Assembly: GCA_002421665.1 (NCBI GenBank)
Contig: DISH01000003.1
Span: 103,291-167,290 of the forward strand
DNA length: 64,000 nucleotides
Direction: 5' to 3'
From: Candidatus Omnitrophica bacterium UBA6215
GTDB lineage: Bacteria > Omnitrophota > Gorgyraeia > Pluralincolimonadales > Pluralincolimonadaceae
Below the pieces are notes generated by a model. That model had not been told where the DNA came from. It ran no database searches and was given only the letters and a program-made list of their open reading frames with translations. Below are positions 44,172 through 55,613 of this stretch, in pieces. Both the position numbers and the translations under genes were made by a program. How positions within the stretch are numbered: the first letter of the stretch is position 1; each line of letters opens with the position of its first letter.

Positions 44172-45593
44172 ATGGCAATAAAGTTCGGCACCAGCGGTTG
44201 GCGGGCAGTTATCGCCGATCAATTCACATTCTCTAACGTAAGAAAAGCAGCGCAGGCAATAGCAGGTTACGTAAAGGCGCATCATTCTCCGAAGAAGACC
44301 CCGCCTCTCGTAGTTATCGGCCATGACACTCGTTTTAATTCAAGGGAATTTGCCGTTTCTGCGGCCAGGGTGCTTTCGGCGAACGGAGTAAAAGCGCTCT
44401 TGACTGACCGCGATACCCCCACGCCTGTCATATCTTACCAGGTGATAAACAGGAAAGCCGACGGAGCCGTCAACATAACGGCAAGCCATAACCCTCCGGA
44501 ATATAATGGTCTTAAATTTTCGCCTTTCCATGGCGGACCTGCCGCGCCGGAAGTGACCGGTGAGATAGAGAAGCGCGCCGCCGCGATAAAGAGAGAAGTC
44601 CCTGAGCCGGCGGTAACCGACCTGAAATATCCCATAGAGATATTCGATCCTAAGCCGGAATATTTTGCCAGGATAAAGAACCTGGTGGACCTGGAGACGA
44701 TAAAGAAGGCCAGGCCGAAGGTGGTTGTCGATGTCATGCACGGGACAGGCCGCGGCTACCTGGACCATATATTGAAAGGATGCGGCTGCGAGGTAGAGGT
44801 ATTGAATGCGGAACTTGACCCGCTCTTTGGAGGGCATCCTCCCGAACCCGCTAAGGACAACATACAGAAGATGCTTCACGAAGTAAAGAGGCGCAGGGCG
44901 CGCCTGGGGCTCGGCTTAGACGGAGATGCCGACAGGTTCGGGATAGTGGACGAGGAAGGGCGTTTTTATACGCCGGATGAAGTCATCGCTCTGCTGTTCG
45001 AGCACCTTATAGAGACGAGGCCAAAACTTCCGCAGGTTGCGCGCACCCATTCGACCACGACCCTCATAGACAGGATAGCCAGGAAGTACGGCATAGAAGT
45101 GGTTGAGACGCCAATAGGGTTCAAGTATATAGGCGAGGTCCTCATGTCCGGAAAGTGCATAATAGGCGGGGAAGAGTCCGGCGGGCTTTCCGTTGCCAAG
45201 CACGTCCCGGAGAAAGACGGTATCCTCGCATGCCTGCTCGTCACCGAGATGGTGGCGGCCCGCAGGAAGAAGCTTAGCTCAATAATGGAAGGTATCTACA
45301 GGGAATTCGGCCGTTCGTACCCCGGCAAGATGAACATAAAGCTGGATGATTCCCGCAAGGCGAAGCTCCTTAGAATGCTTGCCGGGCAGCCCCTTAAGGA
45401 GATTGCCGGCATGAAGGTAGTAAAGACATGCGCCAGGGACGGCCATAAATATACGCTCGAGGACTCAAGCTGGCTTCTGATACGCCCGTCAGGGACAGAG
45501 CCGCTCATAAGGTTCCATTTTGAAGGGACTACGGCTGCCAAGAACAGGAAATTGGCGGCGTATTGCCAAAAACTCATAAATCAGTTAAAATAA
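44172..45593 (+). CDS. Phosphoglucomutase/phosphomannomutase family protein (alpha-D-phosphohexomutase)
   Basis: 473 aa. Active-site TASHNPPEYNGLKF. GLDGDADR metal-binding loop. Confidence 0.8.
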   Translation: MAIKFGTSGWRAVIADQFTFSNVRKAAQAIAGYVKAHHSPKKTPPLVVIGHDTRFNSREFAVSAARVLSANGVKALLTDRDTPTPVISYQVINRKADGAVNITASHNPPEYNGLKFSPFHGGPAAPEVTGEIEKRAAAIKREVPEPAVTDLKYPIEIFDPKPEYFARIKNLVDLETIKKARPKVVVDVMHGTGRGYLDHILKGCGCEVEVLNAELDPLFGGHPPEPAKDNIQKMLHEVKRRRARLGLGLDGDADRFGIVDEEGRFYTPDEVIALLFEHLIETRPKLPQVARTHSTTTLIDRIARKYGIEVVETPIGFKYIGEVLMSGKCIIGGEESGGLSVAKHVPEKDGILACLLVTEMVAARRKKLSSIMEGIYREFGRSYPGKMNIKLDDSRKAKLLRMLAGQPLKEIAGMKVVKTCARDGHKYTLEDSSWLLIRPSGTEPLIRFHFEGTTAAKNRKLAAYCQKLINQLK

Positions 45594-47138
<1,545 letters not shown>

Positions 47139-47149
<11 letters not shown>

Positions 47150-47588
47150 TTTGATAAAGATCGACGATATGGTCGACGCCGAAATAACCAGGATAACGGA
47201 TTTCGGCGCGTTCGTGAAGTTCGGTGTCGGGAAGAAGGGACTTATTCATATATCGCAGGTCTCGGATTCCTATGTCAAGAAAGTGGATGACCACCTCAAG
47301 GTTGGGGACAAGGTAAAGGCCAAGATAATAAAGATATCGCCCGACGGGAAGATAGACCTTACCCTGAAGAACGGGTCCTCAAAGCCCGTTTCCGGAGCCA
47401 AGGAACAGGGCGGTGGACGCAGGCCCGGCCGCCAGGACACCAGTTACCGCGAAAACATGTCGTCATCCCCGGACGGAAAGTCGTTCAGGACCTCGTCTTT
47501 CGAGGATAAACTCCAGCTTTTCCTCAAAGAGAGCGGAGAACGCCAGTCCGACTTCAAAAAACACATCGAAGACAAACAGGGCCGCTGA
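47139..47588 (+). CDS. S1 RNA-binding domain protein (YabR-like)
   Basis: 149 aa. GAFVKFGVGKKGLIHISQV ... GDKVKAKIIKI S1 fold. Confidence 0.75.
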
Positions 47589-47680
47589 TACCGTCGATTT
47601 AACCCTTGCTATTGAACGGGGGGTTTGTTATAATCAAAAATGGCAATGCAGACCTGTGCCAAGACAGCCGTAAATACTAC

Positions 47681-47757
47681 CGCGGGGTGGAGCAGCCTGG
47701 TAGCTCGCAAGGCTCATAACCTTGAGGCCAGAGGTTCAAATCCTCTCCCCGCTACCA
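47681..47757 (+). tRNA. tRNA-Met(CAT): tRNA with CAT anticodon (Met, or Ile2 if lysidinylated)
   Basis: D-arm GAGCAGCCTGGTAGCTC, anticodon stem CAAGG/CCTTG with loop CTCATAA, T-loop GGTTCAAATCC, CCA encoded. Position 1-72 appears to be a C-U mismatch. Confidence 0.75.
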
Positions 47758-47830
47758 ATACAAAAGGGTGCCAATCAAAAGTTGGCGCCCTTTTTAATTT
47801 TCCCGCGGTTTCACATCGGAGAAATAGACC

Positions 47831-48688
47831 ATGGTGATCGGGAATAAGGGTATTTACCGGTTGTTTGCCACTCTTAGGGACATCAACCGGCTTAAGATAA
47901 GCAAAGGACTGAAAGGAAAGATAAGGTCCAGCTGGTTTAAGGTCTTCTATCTCAACATATACGACGCCAGAGACAGGATCGCGGATATCGCAGGTTCCGG
48001 CGTGAAGTTCCTTGATTACGGGGACCTGTCCTACCTCTTCAATGAGATATTCCTAAGAAATGAATACTGTTTTGTCTCCCGGAAAGAAGATCCGTATATT
48101 ATCGATTGCGGAAGCAATATAGGTATGTCCGTACTTTACTTCAAGATGCTTTATCCGGGTTCGTCGATACTGGCGTTTGAGCCCGGCGAAGAAGCCTACA
48201 CTTGCCTGGAAGAGAATATAAGGAATAACCGCTGGGGTTCGGTTATCGCGCACAAGACGGCGCTTTCTAACAGGGAAGGGGAGGCCGATTATTATTACGA
48301 TCCTGATAACGCCGGTTCCCTGGCTATGGGCCTGAAGCGCGCCAGGATGCCTAAGAATAGACGGAGCGTGAAGACCTCCCTTCTTTCGAAATATATAGAA
48401 AGGCAGGTGGATTTCCTGAAAATGGATATCGAGGGCTCGGAATTCGACGTTATAGAGGAACTTAACTCTTCCGGGAAATTGAGACGCATAAAACAGATGG
48501 CTATAGAATATCACCATAATATCCCCGAAGAACCGGGCATGCTCTCGCGGTTTCTTAAGCTGTTGGAAGATGCCGGGTTCGGCTACCAGGCGGGCAGCCG
48601 CCTCGAAAGGCCTTTTGCGCGGGACAGGTACCAGGATATACTTATTTATGCTTACCAGTCTGAGGAGGTTACCGATGAGATACCTTAA
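47831..48688 (+). CDS. FkbM-family methyltransferase
   Basis: 285 aa. IIDCGSNIG ... FEP ... DFLKMDIEGSEFDVI pattern. Confidence 0.6.
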   Translation: MVIGNKGIYRLFATLRDINRLKISKGLKGKIRSSWFKVFYLNIYDARDRIADIAGSGVKFLDYGDLSYLFNEIFLRNEYCFVSRKEDPYIIDCGSNIGMSVLYFKMLYPGSSILAFEPGEEAYTCLEENIRNNRWGSVIAHKTALSNREGEADYYYDPDNAGSLAMGLKRARMPKNRRSVKTSLLSKYIERQVDFLKMDIEGSEFDVIEELNSSGKLRRIKQMAIEYHHNIPEEPGMLSRFLKLLEDAGFGYQAGSRLERPFARDRYQDILIYAYQSEEVTDEIP

Positions 48689-49574
48689 GGCAGCGGTATG
48701 TGTTGTAGCGGTTTATACGGTGTTCACCGTGTTTACAGGATACGCGTTTGCCGATGACAGGGAGGATGCGCTTGTCGCTGCCGCGGCGTCCGGCGATATA
48801 GCCAAGGTCAGATGGTATGTCGGCGAGGTGGTAAATGTCAATTGCCGCGACCAGAATGACCAAACCCCCCTTATAGCCGCTGTTAAGAACGGCCGCGAAG
48901 ATGTCGTGAAATATCTCCTGATGAACTTTGCCTCGGTAAACCTCGACGATAATAATAATATGTCGCCCTTGATGTTCGCTGCCAAGAACGGCAATGCCGC
49001 AATAACCGGCGATCTGCTATCGGCCGGTGCCAATGTCAATGCGCAGGATGTACAGGGATATTCGTCCCTTATGTTCGCCTCCGAAGGCGGATATACAGAA
49101 ACGGTCAAGATCCTCCTTTCCAGGGGCGCCGACCCGAATGAAAGATGTAACACTACCGACACGGCGCTTACTTTGGCGATCGCGGGCAAGAATAAGGAAA
49201 TAGTCCGGATTCTCCTGGACAAGGGCGCCGACCCCAACACCAAGCTGACGGAAGGGACTTTTTACGGCAGGCACGGAGACCGCGGTGGGCTTGACGGTAT
49301 AACCGCGTTGATGCGCGCAGCCCAGGCCGGGGACCCGGATATCGCGCAGATTCTCCTGGACAAGGGCGCCGACGTCAACGCCGTGACTACACTTAACAAT
49401 ACCGCCCTGATGTATGCCGTGGAGTCGGGCCACTATGATATAGCCAAGATGCTTGTCAATAAGGGCGCCGACGTCAATATCAAGGACTGGACGGGCAAGA
49501 GCGCCTACATGATGCTCAACAAGGATGCCGCGCCGGACCTGGCGGATATGATGGTTAACGCCGGAGCGAAATAA
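48675..49574 (+). CDS. Secreted ankyrin-repeat protein
   Basis: ATG at 48675 with RBS GAGGAGG (MRYLKAAVCVVAVYTVF signal peptide). At least 7 ANK repeats (TPLIAAVKNGREDVVKYLL...). Confidence 0.75.
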   Translation: MRYLKAAVCVVAVYTVFTVFTGYAFADDREDALVAAAASGDIAKVRWYVGEVVNVNCRDQNDQTPLIAAVKNGREDVVKYLLMNFASVNLDDNNNMSPLMFAAKNGNAAITGDLLSAGANVNAQDVQGYSSLMFASEGGYTETVKILLSRGADPNERCNTTDTALTLAIAGKNKEIVRILLDKGADPNTKLTEGTFYGRHGDRGGLDGITALMRAAQAGDPDIAQILLDKGADVNAVTTLNNTALMYAVESGHYDIAKMLVNKGADVNIKDWTGKSAYMMLNKDAAPDLADMMVNAGAK

Positions 49575-49709
49575 GTTTTGACACCACAACGCGGTTGTGG
49601 TATAAATAATCGTAGTAAAAGCCTACATCAAACAAGAATTCCTCTTTAAAAGAAGAAAAATTATGTCCCTCGGACTGTCCTTAATTGACGTTGCGTCATC
49701 GGAGGCAAG

Positions 49710-51002
49710 ATGATCGAGAGGTATACCCTGCCCAGGATGGGCAAGATATGGCAAGACCATAACCGTTTCCAGCGCATGCTCGACGTAGAGATAACCGCCT
49801 GCGAAGCGTTCGCCAGGAAGAAGCTCATACCAAAATCTGCCCTTTTCGAGATAAAGAAACGCGCCCGTTTCGATGTAGAACGCATAAAAGAGATCGAAAG
49901 CCAGACAAAACACGACGTAATAGCCTTCATAAAGAACGTTTCCGAGAATATAGGGCCTGATGCCAAGTATATACATATGGGCCTGACATCCAGCGACGTC
50001 CTGGATACGGCCCTGTCGCTTCAGATGCGTGACGCGGCGGATATATTGCTCGCCGACTTGAAGCGTTTCCTCATAGCCCTGGAGCGGAAAGCCAAGAAAT
50101 ACAAGAATACCCCTTGCGTAGGCAGGACCCACGGTATACACGCCGAGCCCATGACTTTTGGGCTGAAATTCGCCCTTATCTACGTGGAGACGCAGAGGAA
50201 CATAGAGAGGATGAAATATGCCCGCGAGATGATCAGCGTGGGTAAACTCTCAGGTGCCGTCGGGACATTTGCCAACGTGGATCCTTCCGTGGAGGAATAT
50301 GTCTGCAAGCGGCTCGGACTAAATCCCGCGCCGATATCCACCCAAGTCATCCAGCGCGACAGGCACGCCCAATTCCTTACCACTATAGCCTTGATAGGCG
50401 CTACGCTCGAGAAGTTTGCCACCGAGATCAGGGCCTTACAGAGGACGGAGATCCTTGAGGCGGAAGAACCCTTTACCGAAGGGCAGAAAGGTTCCTCGGC
50501 AATGCCGCACAAGCGTAACCCGGTTGTATGCGAACGTATAGCCGGACTGGCAAGGGTATTACGAGGTAACGCGACAGCCTCGATAGAGAATATAGCCCTG
50601 TGGCACGAGAGGGACATATCGCACTCGTCTGTGGAACGCGTTATATTACCGGACTCGTGCATAATGCTTGATTATATGCTGGAGCTCGCTACGGATGTTG
50701 CAATGCATATGGCCGTATATCCCGAAAGGATGATGGAGAACCTGAACAGGATGAAAGGCCTTGTCTTCTCCCAGAGGGTGCTCCTGGCCCTTATAGGCAA
50801 GGGTGCGACGAGGAACGAGGCCTATGATATCGTCCAGCGCTGTGCCATGCGCGTATGGAAGGAAGGCATAGAGTTCAGGGTTGCCCTTTCGGAGGATAAA
50901 GATGTGACAGGGCAGCTGGCATATGAAGAGATAGATGCCTGTTTTGACCTCGGTTATTACACCAAGAACGTAGATAAAATATACAAACGGTTAGGTATAT
51001 GA
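49710..51002 (+). CDS. purB: Adenylosuccinate lyase
   Basis: 430 aa. [10 protein letters not shown] fumarate-lyase signature. Confidence 0.9.
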   Translation: MIERYTLPRMGKIWQDHNRFQRMLDVEITACEAFARKKLIPKSALFEIKKRARFDVERIKEIESQTKHDVIAFIKNVSENIGPDAKYIHMGLTSSDVLDTALSLQMRDAADILLADLKRFLIALERKAKKYKNTPCVGRTHGIHAEPMTFGLKFALIYVETQRNIERMKYAREMISVGKLSGAVGTFANVDPSVEEYVCKRLGLNPAPISTQVIQRDRHAQFLTTIALIGATLEKFATEIRALQRTEILEAEEPFTEGQKGSSAMPHKRNPVVCERIAGLARVLRGNATASIENIALWHERDISHSSVERVILPDSCIMLDYMLELATDVAMHMAVYPERMMENLNRMKGLVFSQRVLLALIGKGATRNEAYDIVQRCAMRVWKEGIEFRVALSEDKDVTGQLAYEEIDACFDLGYYTKNVDKIYKRLGI

Positions 51003-51904
51003 CAGAGAAGACCAAAGAGGAAATAGTACTTACTACCGAAGGCGTTCCCCTTAAGTTCTACAAGCGCGGCAAAGTCCGCGATATTTACGAGTTTGAAAAC
51101 AAGCTTCTTATAGTTGCTACCGACAGGATATCATGCTTTGACGTTATTTTGCAGGAAGGCGTGCCCTTCAAAGGCAAGGTCCTGACGCAGATATCAAAAT
51201 TCTGGTTCGACTTCCTGCGCGATATAACGGATAACCACGTAGTGACATTTGATATGGATTCCCTGCGCGACAAACTTGGGGACTCGACGGACACGCTGCG
51301 TGACCGTTCTATGCTGGTTAAGAAAACCAGGCCCCTTCCCATAGAATGCGTTGTACGCGGTTACCTGTCCGGGTCCGGATGGAAGGAGTACAAGGAGAAC
51401 GGGGAGATCTGCGGCATAAAACTGCCCAGGGGGCTTAAGGAATCCGACCAGTTACCGGAACCGATTTTTACCCCGTCTACAAAGGAAGACGTGGGACACG
51501 ACATGAACATAACCGAGATAGGCGCCCGCAAGAAGCTCGGAGACAGGCTCTATGAACTCGTAAAGTGCAAGGCGATATCTATATACAGGAAGGCCGCCGA
51601 ATACGCGGATTCCAGGGGGATAATCATAGCCGACACAAAGTTCGAGTTCGGCGTGACGGAAGAGGGCAAGACGATATTAATAGACGAGGTCCTTACCCCG
51701 GACTCTTCCAGGTTTTGGCCGAAAGAAAAGTACAAGCCGGGCGGGCCGCAGGCAAGCTTCGACAAGCAGTTCGTCCGCGATTATCTCGAAGGGCTCGGCT
51801 GGTGCAAGTCTCCGCCTGCCCCCGGGCTGCCAGAGGATATAATCAAGAAGACGAGCAAGAAGTACCTTGAGGCGTTGAAGAAGTTAACCGGTAAGGAGCT
51901 TTAA
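50999..51904 (+). CDS. purC: Phosphoribosylaminoimidazole-succinocarboxamide synthase
   Basis: 301 aa. YRGKVRDIY and [12 protein letters not shown] motifs. Confidence 0.9.
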   Translation: MTEKTKEEIVLTTEGVPLKFYKRGKVRDIYEFENKLLIVATDRISCFDVILQEGVPFKGKVLTQISKFWFDFLRDITDNHVVTFDMDSLRDKLGDSTDTLRDRSMLVKKTRPLPIECVVRGYLSGSGWKEYKENGEICGIKLPRGLKESDQLPEPIFTPSTKEDVGHDMNITEIGARKKLGDRLYELVKCKAISIYRKAAEYADSRGIIIADTKFEFGVTEEGKTILIDEVLTPDSSRFWPKEKYKPGGPQASFDKQFVRDYLEGLGWCKSPPAPGLPEDIIKKTSKKYLEALKKLTGKEL

Positions 51905-54802
51905 GTGCTGTGGCGTATTGAGGTAAGCAACAGGAAGGGCGTGTTCGATTCCGCCGGAGAAGGTGTCAGGAAAGACATCGAAGACCTCGGCATCAGCGGC
52001 GTCGATTCGGTTGAGGTTATCCAGGTATATATAATCGAAGGTGATGTAAAACAGCCCGAGATAAAGAGAATATCCAGGGAGTTATTGTCGGATCCGGTGA
52101 CCCGGGAGTGTGCCTTTACCCCGGGACCGCTTGGCTCGGGGAAGGGCAGACCGGGCAAGAAAGCCATCGTCGAAGTGACATACAATTCGGGCGTTATGGA
52201 TCCTGTTGAAGAGAGTGTCAGGAAGGGCATAGCCGATCTCGGGATATCCGGGGTAGAAACGGTCAAGACCGCCAAGAGATATATTATCAAAGGGAAGTTA
52301 GACGATAAACAGCTCAATGTGATCAGCGAAAAGCTCCTTTTCAACAAAGTTATAGAGCATGTCGTTACGGGACATGATTCATACACTTCAAAGAACCCTC
52401 CGAAATATAATTTTAATCTTATAACAGTCATCCTGCTGGACGCTTCCGACAGGGACTTGGACAGGATCAGCAAGGAAGGCCAGCTGTTCCTTAACGTTAC
52501 CGAGATGCGCCGGATAAAGGAATATTTTACGAAACTGGGCCGCAATCCCACGGATATCGAGCTCGAGACACTTGCGCAGACCTGGTCCGAGCACTGCGGG
52601 CACAAGACGTTCCGCGGTATGATCGATTACGAATGCGCCGGGAAGAAACGCAGGATAAAGAACCTTCTTAAAGAGACGATAATGAAGGCCACGAAAGAAC
52701 TCGCGAAACCGTGGTGTGTTTCAGTGTTTAAGGATAATTCAGGCGTCATCCGTTTCGATGAGAAATATAATGTCTGCTTCAAGGCCGAGACGCATAACCA
52801 CCCGTCCGCTATAGAGCCGTATGGAGGCGCTAATACGGGTCTCGGCGGTGTTATCCGCGATCCACTCGGGACAGGGCTTGGCGCCAAGCCGATACTTAAC
52901 ACAGATGTATTTTGTTTTGCCGAGCCCGATTATCCGTTCTCGCGGCTGCCTAAAGGCGTCCTTCACCCGAAGAGGGTGATGAAGGGCGTCGTGTCCGGTG
53001 TGCGCGATTACGGCAACAAGATGGGCATACCCACCGTTAACGGTGCGGTACTGTTCGATAACCGCTATATCGGCAACCCCCTGGTATATTGCGGCAATGT
53101 CGGGCTAATACCGAAGGATAAATCTTTTAAGGAGGTCGAGAGCGGCGACCTGGTGGTGCTTGTCGGGGGCAAGACCGGCCGCGACGGTATCCACGGCGCG
53201 ACGTTCTCTTCCGGAGAGCTGACGACCGAATCCGAGCAGGTATCGGCTCAGGCGGTTCAGATAGGCAATCCCATCGAGGAGAAGAAGATGGCCGATTGCA
53301 TACTCAAGGCCCGCGATATGGGACTCTATGACGCTATAACCGACTGCGGAGGAGGCGGCCTTTCGAGTGCCGTAGGAGAGATGGGCGCCGAAACCGGCGT
53401 CAAGGTAGACCTCTCAAAAATCCCGTTAAAATACGGAGGGCTAACCTATACCGAGATATGGATATCCGAAGCCCAGGAGAGGATGGTCCTTTCCGTTCCA
53501 AGGAACAAGGTAAAGAAACTTCTTGAGGTGTTCAGGAAAGAAGATGTGGAAGCCAACGTCGTAGGGGAGTTTACCAGGACGAAGAAGCTCGAACTTTATT
53601 ACGGTGACAGCAAAGTCTGCAACTTGGAGATGGATTTCCTGCATGACGGAAACCCGAAGGTCGTCAGGAAAGCAAGGTGGAAGAAACCTGCGCATACGGA
53701 GCCCCGCTTCCCATGTCCCAGGGACCTTACGGCGTCGCTGTTGAAGATACTTTCGGATTGGAATGTCTGCAGTAAGGAATGGATAATAAGGCAATACGAC
53801 CATGAAGTCCAGGCGGGCTCGGTGATCAAACCGCTTGTGGGCGCATGCAATGACGGCCCGTCGGATGCGGCTGTAGCAAGGCCGCTTATTGGGTCTAAGA
53901 AGGGTGTTGCCATATCAAACGGGATCAATCCCAGGTATGGTGATATAGACCCCTACTGGATGGCTGCCTCTAATATCGATGAGGCCCTCAGGCAGATAAC
54001 GGCCGTTGGGGGAGATCTTAAGGAAGTCGCGATACTCGATAATTTCTGTTGGGGCGACACCGACCAGCCTCCGCAGCTGGGCGGACTGGTCAGGGCCGCT
54101 TACGGCTGCTATGACGCTTCGAAGGCCTTCGGGACCCCTTTCGTCTCGGGCAAGGACAGCCTGCATAATGAGTATGTAATGGGCAGCAGGAGGGTTTCGA
54201 TACCCGGGACGCTGCTTATCTCTGCGATAAGCGTAGTAGATGATGTCGCTAAATGCATAACGATGGATCTAAAGGAGCCCGGGAGCCTTATATATGTCGT
54301 TGGAATGACTTTCGACGAGCTTGGAGGCTCATACTATTACGGACTTAACGCTGTCACCGGGAATTCGGTGCCTGTGGTCGATTTCAAACATGCCCGTTCC
54401 CTTATGGACAAGCTTGCCGCATGCATAAGGTCCGGGCTGGTCAATGCCTGCCATGATTGCTCGGAGGGCGGGATAGGGGTAGCCGCGGCTGAAATGGCTT
54501 TTGCGGGGCGTTTGGGGGCGGAGATATCTCTCAGGGATGTGCCTTATACGAGCAGGAGGTCTTTGGCCGGCAGGCGCAATGATTACATATTATTTTCAGA
54601 ATCGAATACAAGGTTCATAGTCGAGGTAAGCGCACGTAACCGCGCGGCTTTCGAGAAATATATGAAGGGTTTCCGGACGGCCGCAATAGGCAGGGTCCTG
54701 GACCATAAGGATTTTGTGGTATACGGGCTTGACGGAAAAGTTGTCGTCAGGTCGCATATCAACGAAATGAAGGAGGCGTGGCAGAGTCCGCTGAGATGGT
54801 AG
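51905..54802 (+). CDS. purL: Phosphoribosylformylglycinamidine synthase, PurS-PurS-PurL fusion (small-type FGAM synthase II with two N-terminal PurS-like domains)
   Basis: 965 aa with a GTG start overlapping the purC stop. Two roughly 90-aa PurS-like repeats occupy residues ~1-210. The PurL hallmark TWSEHCGHKTF lies at ~residue 225, then the AIR-synthase-related domains follow. Confidence 0.8.
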   Translation: MLWRIEVSNRKGVFDSAGEGVRKDIEDLGISGVDSVEVIQVYIIEGDVKQPEIKRISRELLSDPVTRECAFTPGPLGSGKGRPGKKAIVEVTYNSGVMDPVEESVRKGIADLGISGVETVKTAKRYIIKGKLDDKQLNVISEKLLFNKVIEHVVTGHDSYTSKNPPKYNFNLITVILLDASDRDLDRISKEGQLFLNVTEMRRIKEYFTKLGRNPTDIELETLAQTWSEHCGHKTFRGMIDYECAGKKRRIKNLLKETIMKATKELAKPWCVSVFKDNSGVIRFDEKYNVCFKAETHNHPSAIEPYGGANTGLGGVIRDPLGTGLGAKPILNTDVFCFAEPDYPFSRLPKGVLHPKRVMKGVVSGVRDYGNKMGIPTVNGAVLFDNRYIGNPLVYCGNVGLIPKDKSFKEVESGDLVVLVGGKTGRDGIHGATFSSGELTTESEQVSAQAVQIGNPIEEKKMADCILKARDMGLYDAITDCGGGGLSSAVGEMGAETGVKVDLSKIPLKYGGLTYTEIWISEAQERMVLSVPRNKVKKLLEVFRKEDVEANVVGEFTRTKKLELYYGDSKVCNLEMDFLHDGNPKVVRKARWKKPAHTEPRFPCPRDLTASLLKILSDWNVCSKEWIIRQYDHEVQAGSVIKPLVGACNDGPSDAAVARPLIGSKKGVAISNGINPRYGDIDPYWMAASNIDEALRQITAVGGDLKEVAILDNFCWGDTDQPPQLGGLVRAAYGCYDASKAFGTPFVSGKDSLHNEYVMGSRRVSIPGTLLISAISVVDDVAKCITMDLKEPGSLIYVVGMTFDELGGSYYYGLNAVTGNSVPVVDFKHARSLMDKLAACIRSGLVNACHDCSEGGIGVAAAEMAFAGRLGAEISLRDVPYTSRRSLAGRRNDYILFSESNTRFIVEVSARNRAAFEKYMKGFRTAAIGRVLDHKDFVVYGLDGKVVVRSHINEMKEAWQSPLRW

Positions 54803-55605
54803 CTGTCAAGGGCAAGCCAAAGGTAATGATATTGCGCGCCGCGGGCACCAACTGCGACGAGGAGACGGCGTTTGCGTTCGAATACGCCGGGGCCAGGACG
54901 GAGAAGGTCCATATAAACCGCATAGTCAGCGGAGAAAAGAGGCTTCGCGATTACCACATACTCGCGATCCCCGGCGGGTTTACCTACGGCGATGACGTCG
55001 CCTCCGGAAAGATCCTTGCGAACGAGCTCAAGTATAAGCTTGCCCCGGACCTCGAGAGGTTCATAGAGGCGGGCAAGTTGATAATAGGTATATGCAACGG
55101 CTTCCAGGTGCTGGTGAAGTCAGGCCTCTTGCCCGGCAAGGGCGAAGGCGGCGAGGACCTGGATGCTACGCTCACCACCAACGATTCCGCCAGGTATGAG
55201 GACAGGTGGGTCTATCTTCGAATGGCGAAAAGCCCCAATATGGAATCGGAGAACAGGTGCGTATGGACGCGGGGACTTGACGAAATAATATATATTCCCG
55301 CCGCTCACGGCGAAGGGAAGTTCGTGCCCAAGAACGAGGATGTGCTTGGGAAATTATGGGCCAACGGGCAGGTTGTATTCAGGTATGTCGATCCCCACGG
55401 AAAACTTGCGGGATTCCCTTGGAATCCCAACGGTTCCGTCGATAACATAGCGGGGATATGCGATATAACAGGAAGGATATTCGGGCTTATGCCGCATCCC
55501 GAAAGACATCTGTTTTCGACGCAGCATCCGCGCTGGACACGCGGCGAAGCGCAGCGCGAGGGCGACGGCGTCAGGATATTCAGGAACGGGGTAAAAAGCG
55601 TTTAG
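54778..55605 (+). CDS. purQ: Phosphoribosylformylglycinamidine synthase glutaminase subunit
   Basis: 275 aa. ILRAAGTNCDEE, IPGGFTYGDD, ICNGFQVL (catalytic Cys). The start could instead be at 54799. Confidence 0.85.
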   Translation: MAESAEMVAVKGKPKVMILRAAGTNCDEETAFAFEYAGARTEKVHINRIVSGEKRLRDYHILAIPGGFTYGDDVASGKILANELKYKLAPDLERFIEAGKLIIGICNGFQVLVKSGLLPGKGEGGEDLDATLTTNDSARYEDRWVYLRMAKSPNMESENRCVWTRGLDEIIYIPAAHGEGKFVPKNEDVLGKLWANGQVVFRYVDPHGKLAGFPWNPNGSVDNIAGICDITGRIFGLMPHPERHLFSTQHPRWTRGEAQREGDGVRIFRNGVKSV

Positions 55606-55613
55606 AGGGGAAA

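Noticed and set aside
49017-49589. 190-aa minus-strand ORF antisense to the second ankyrin gene, and similar antisense ORFs across the pur operon (e.g. 58494..59099 -, 46169..46675 -)
   Set aside because: All are antisense to strongly supported housekeeping genes in high-GC DNA. They have no motifs and no RBS, so they are spurious.
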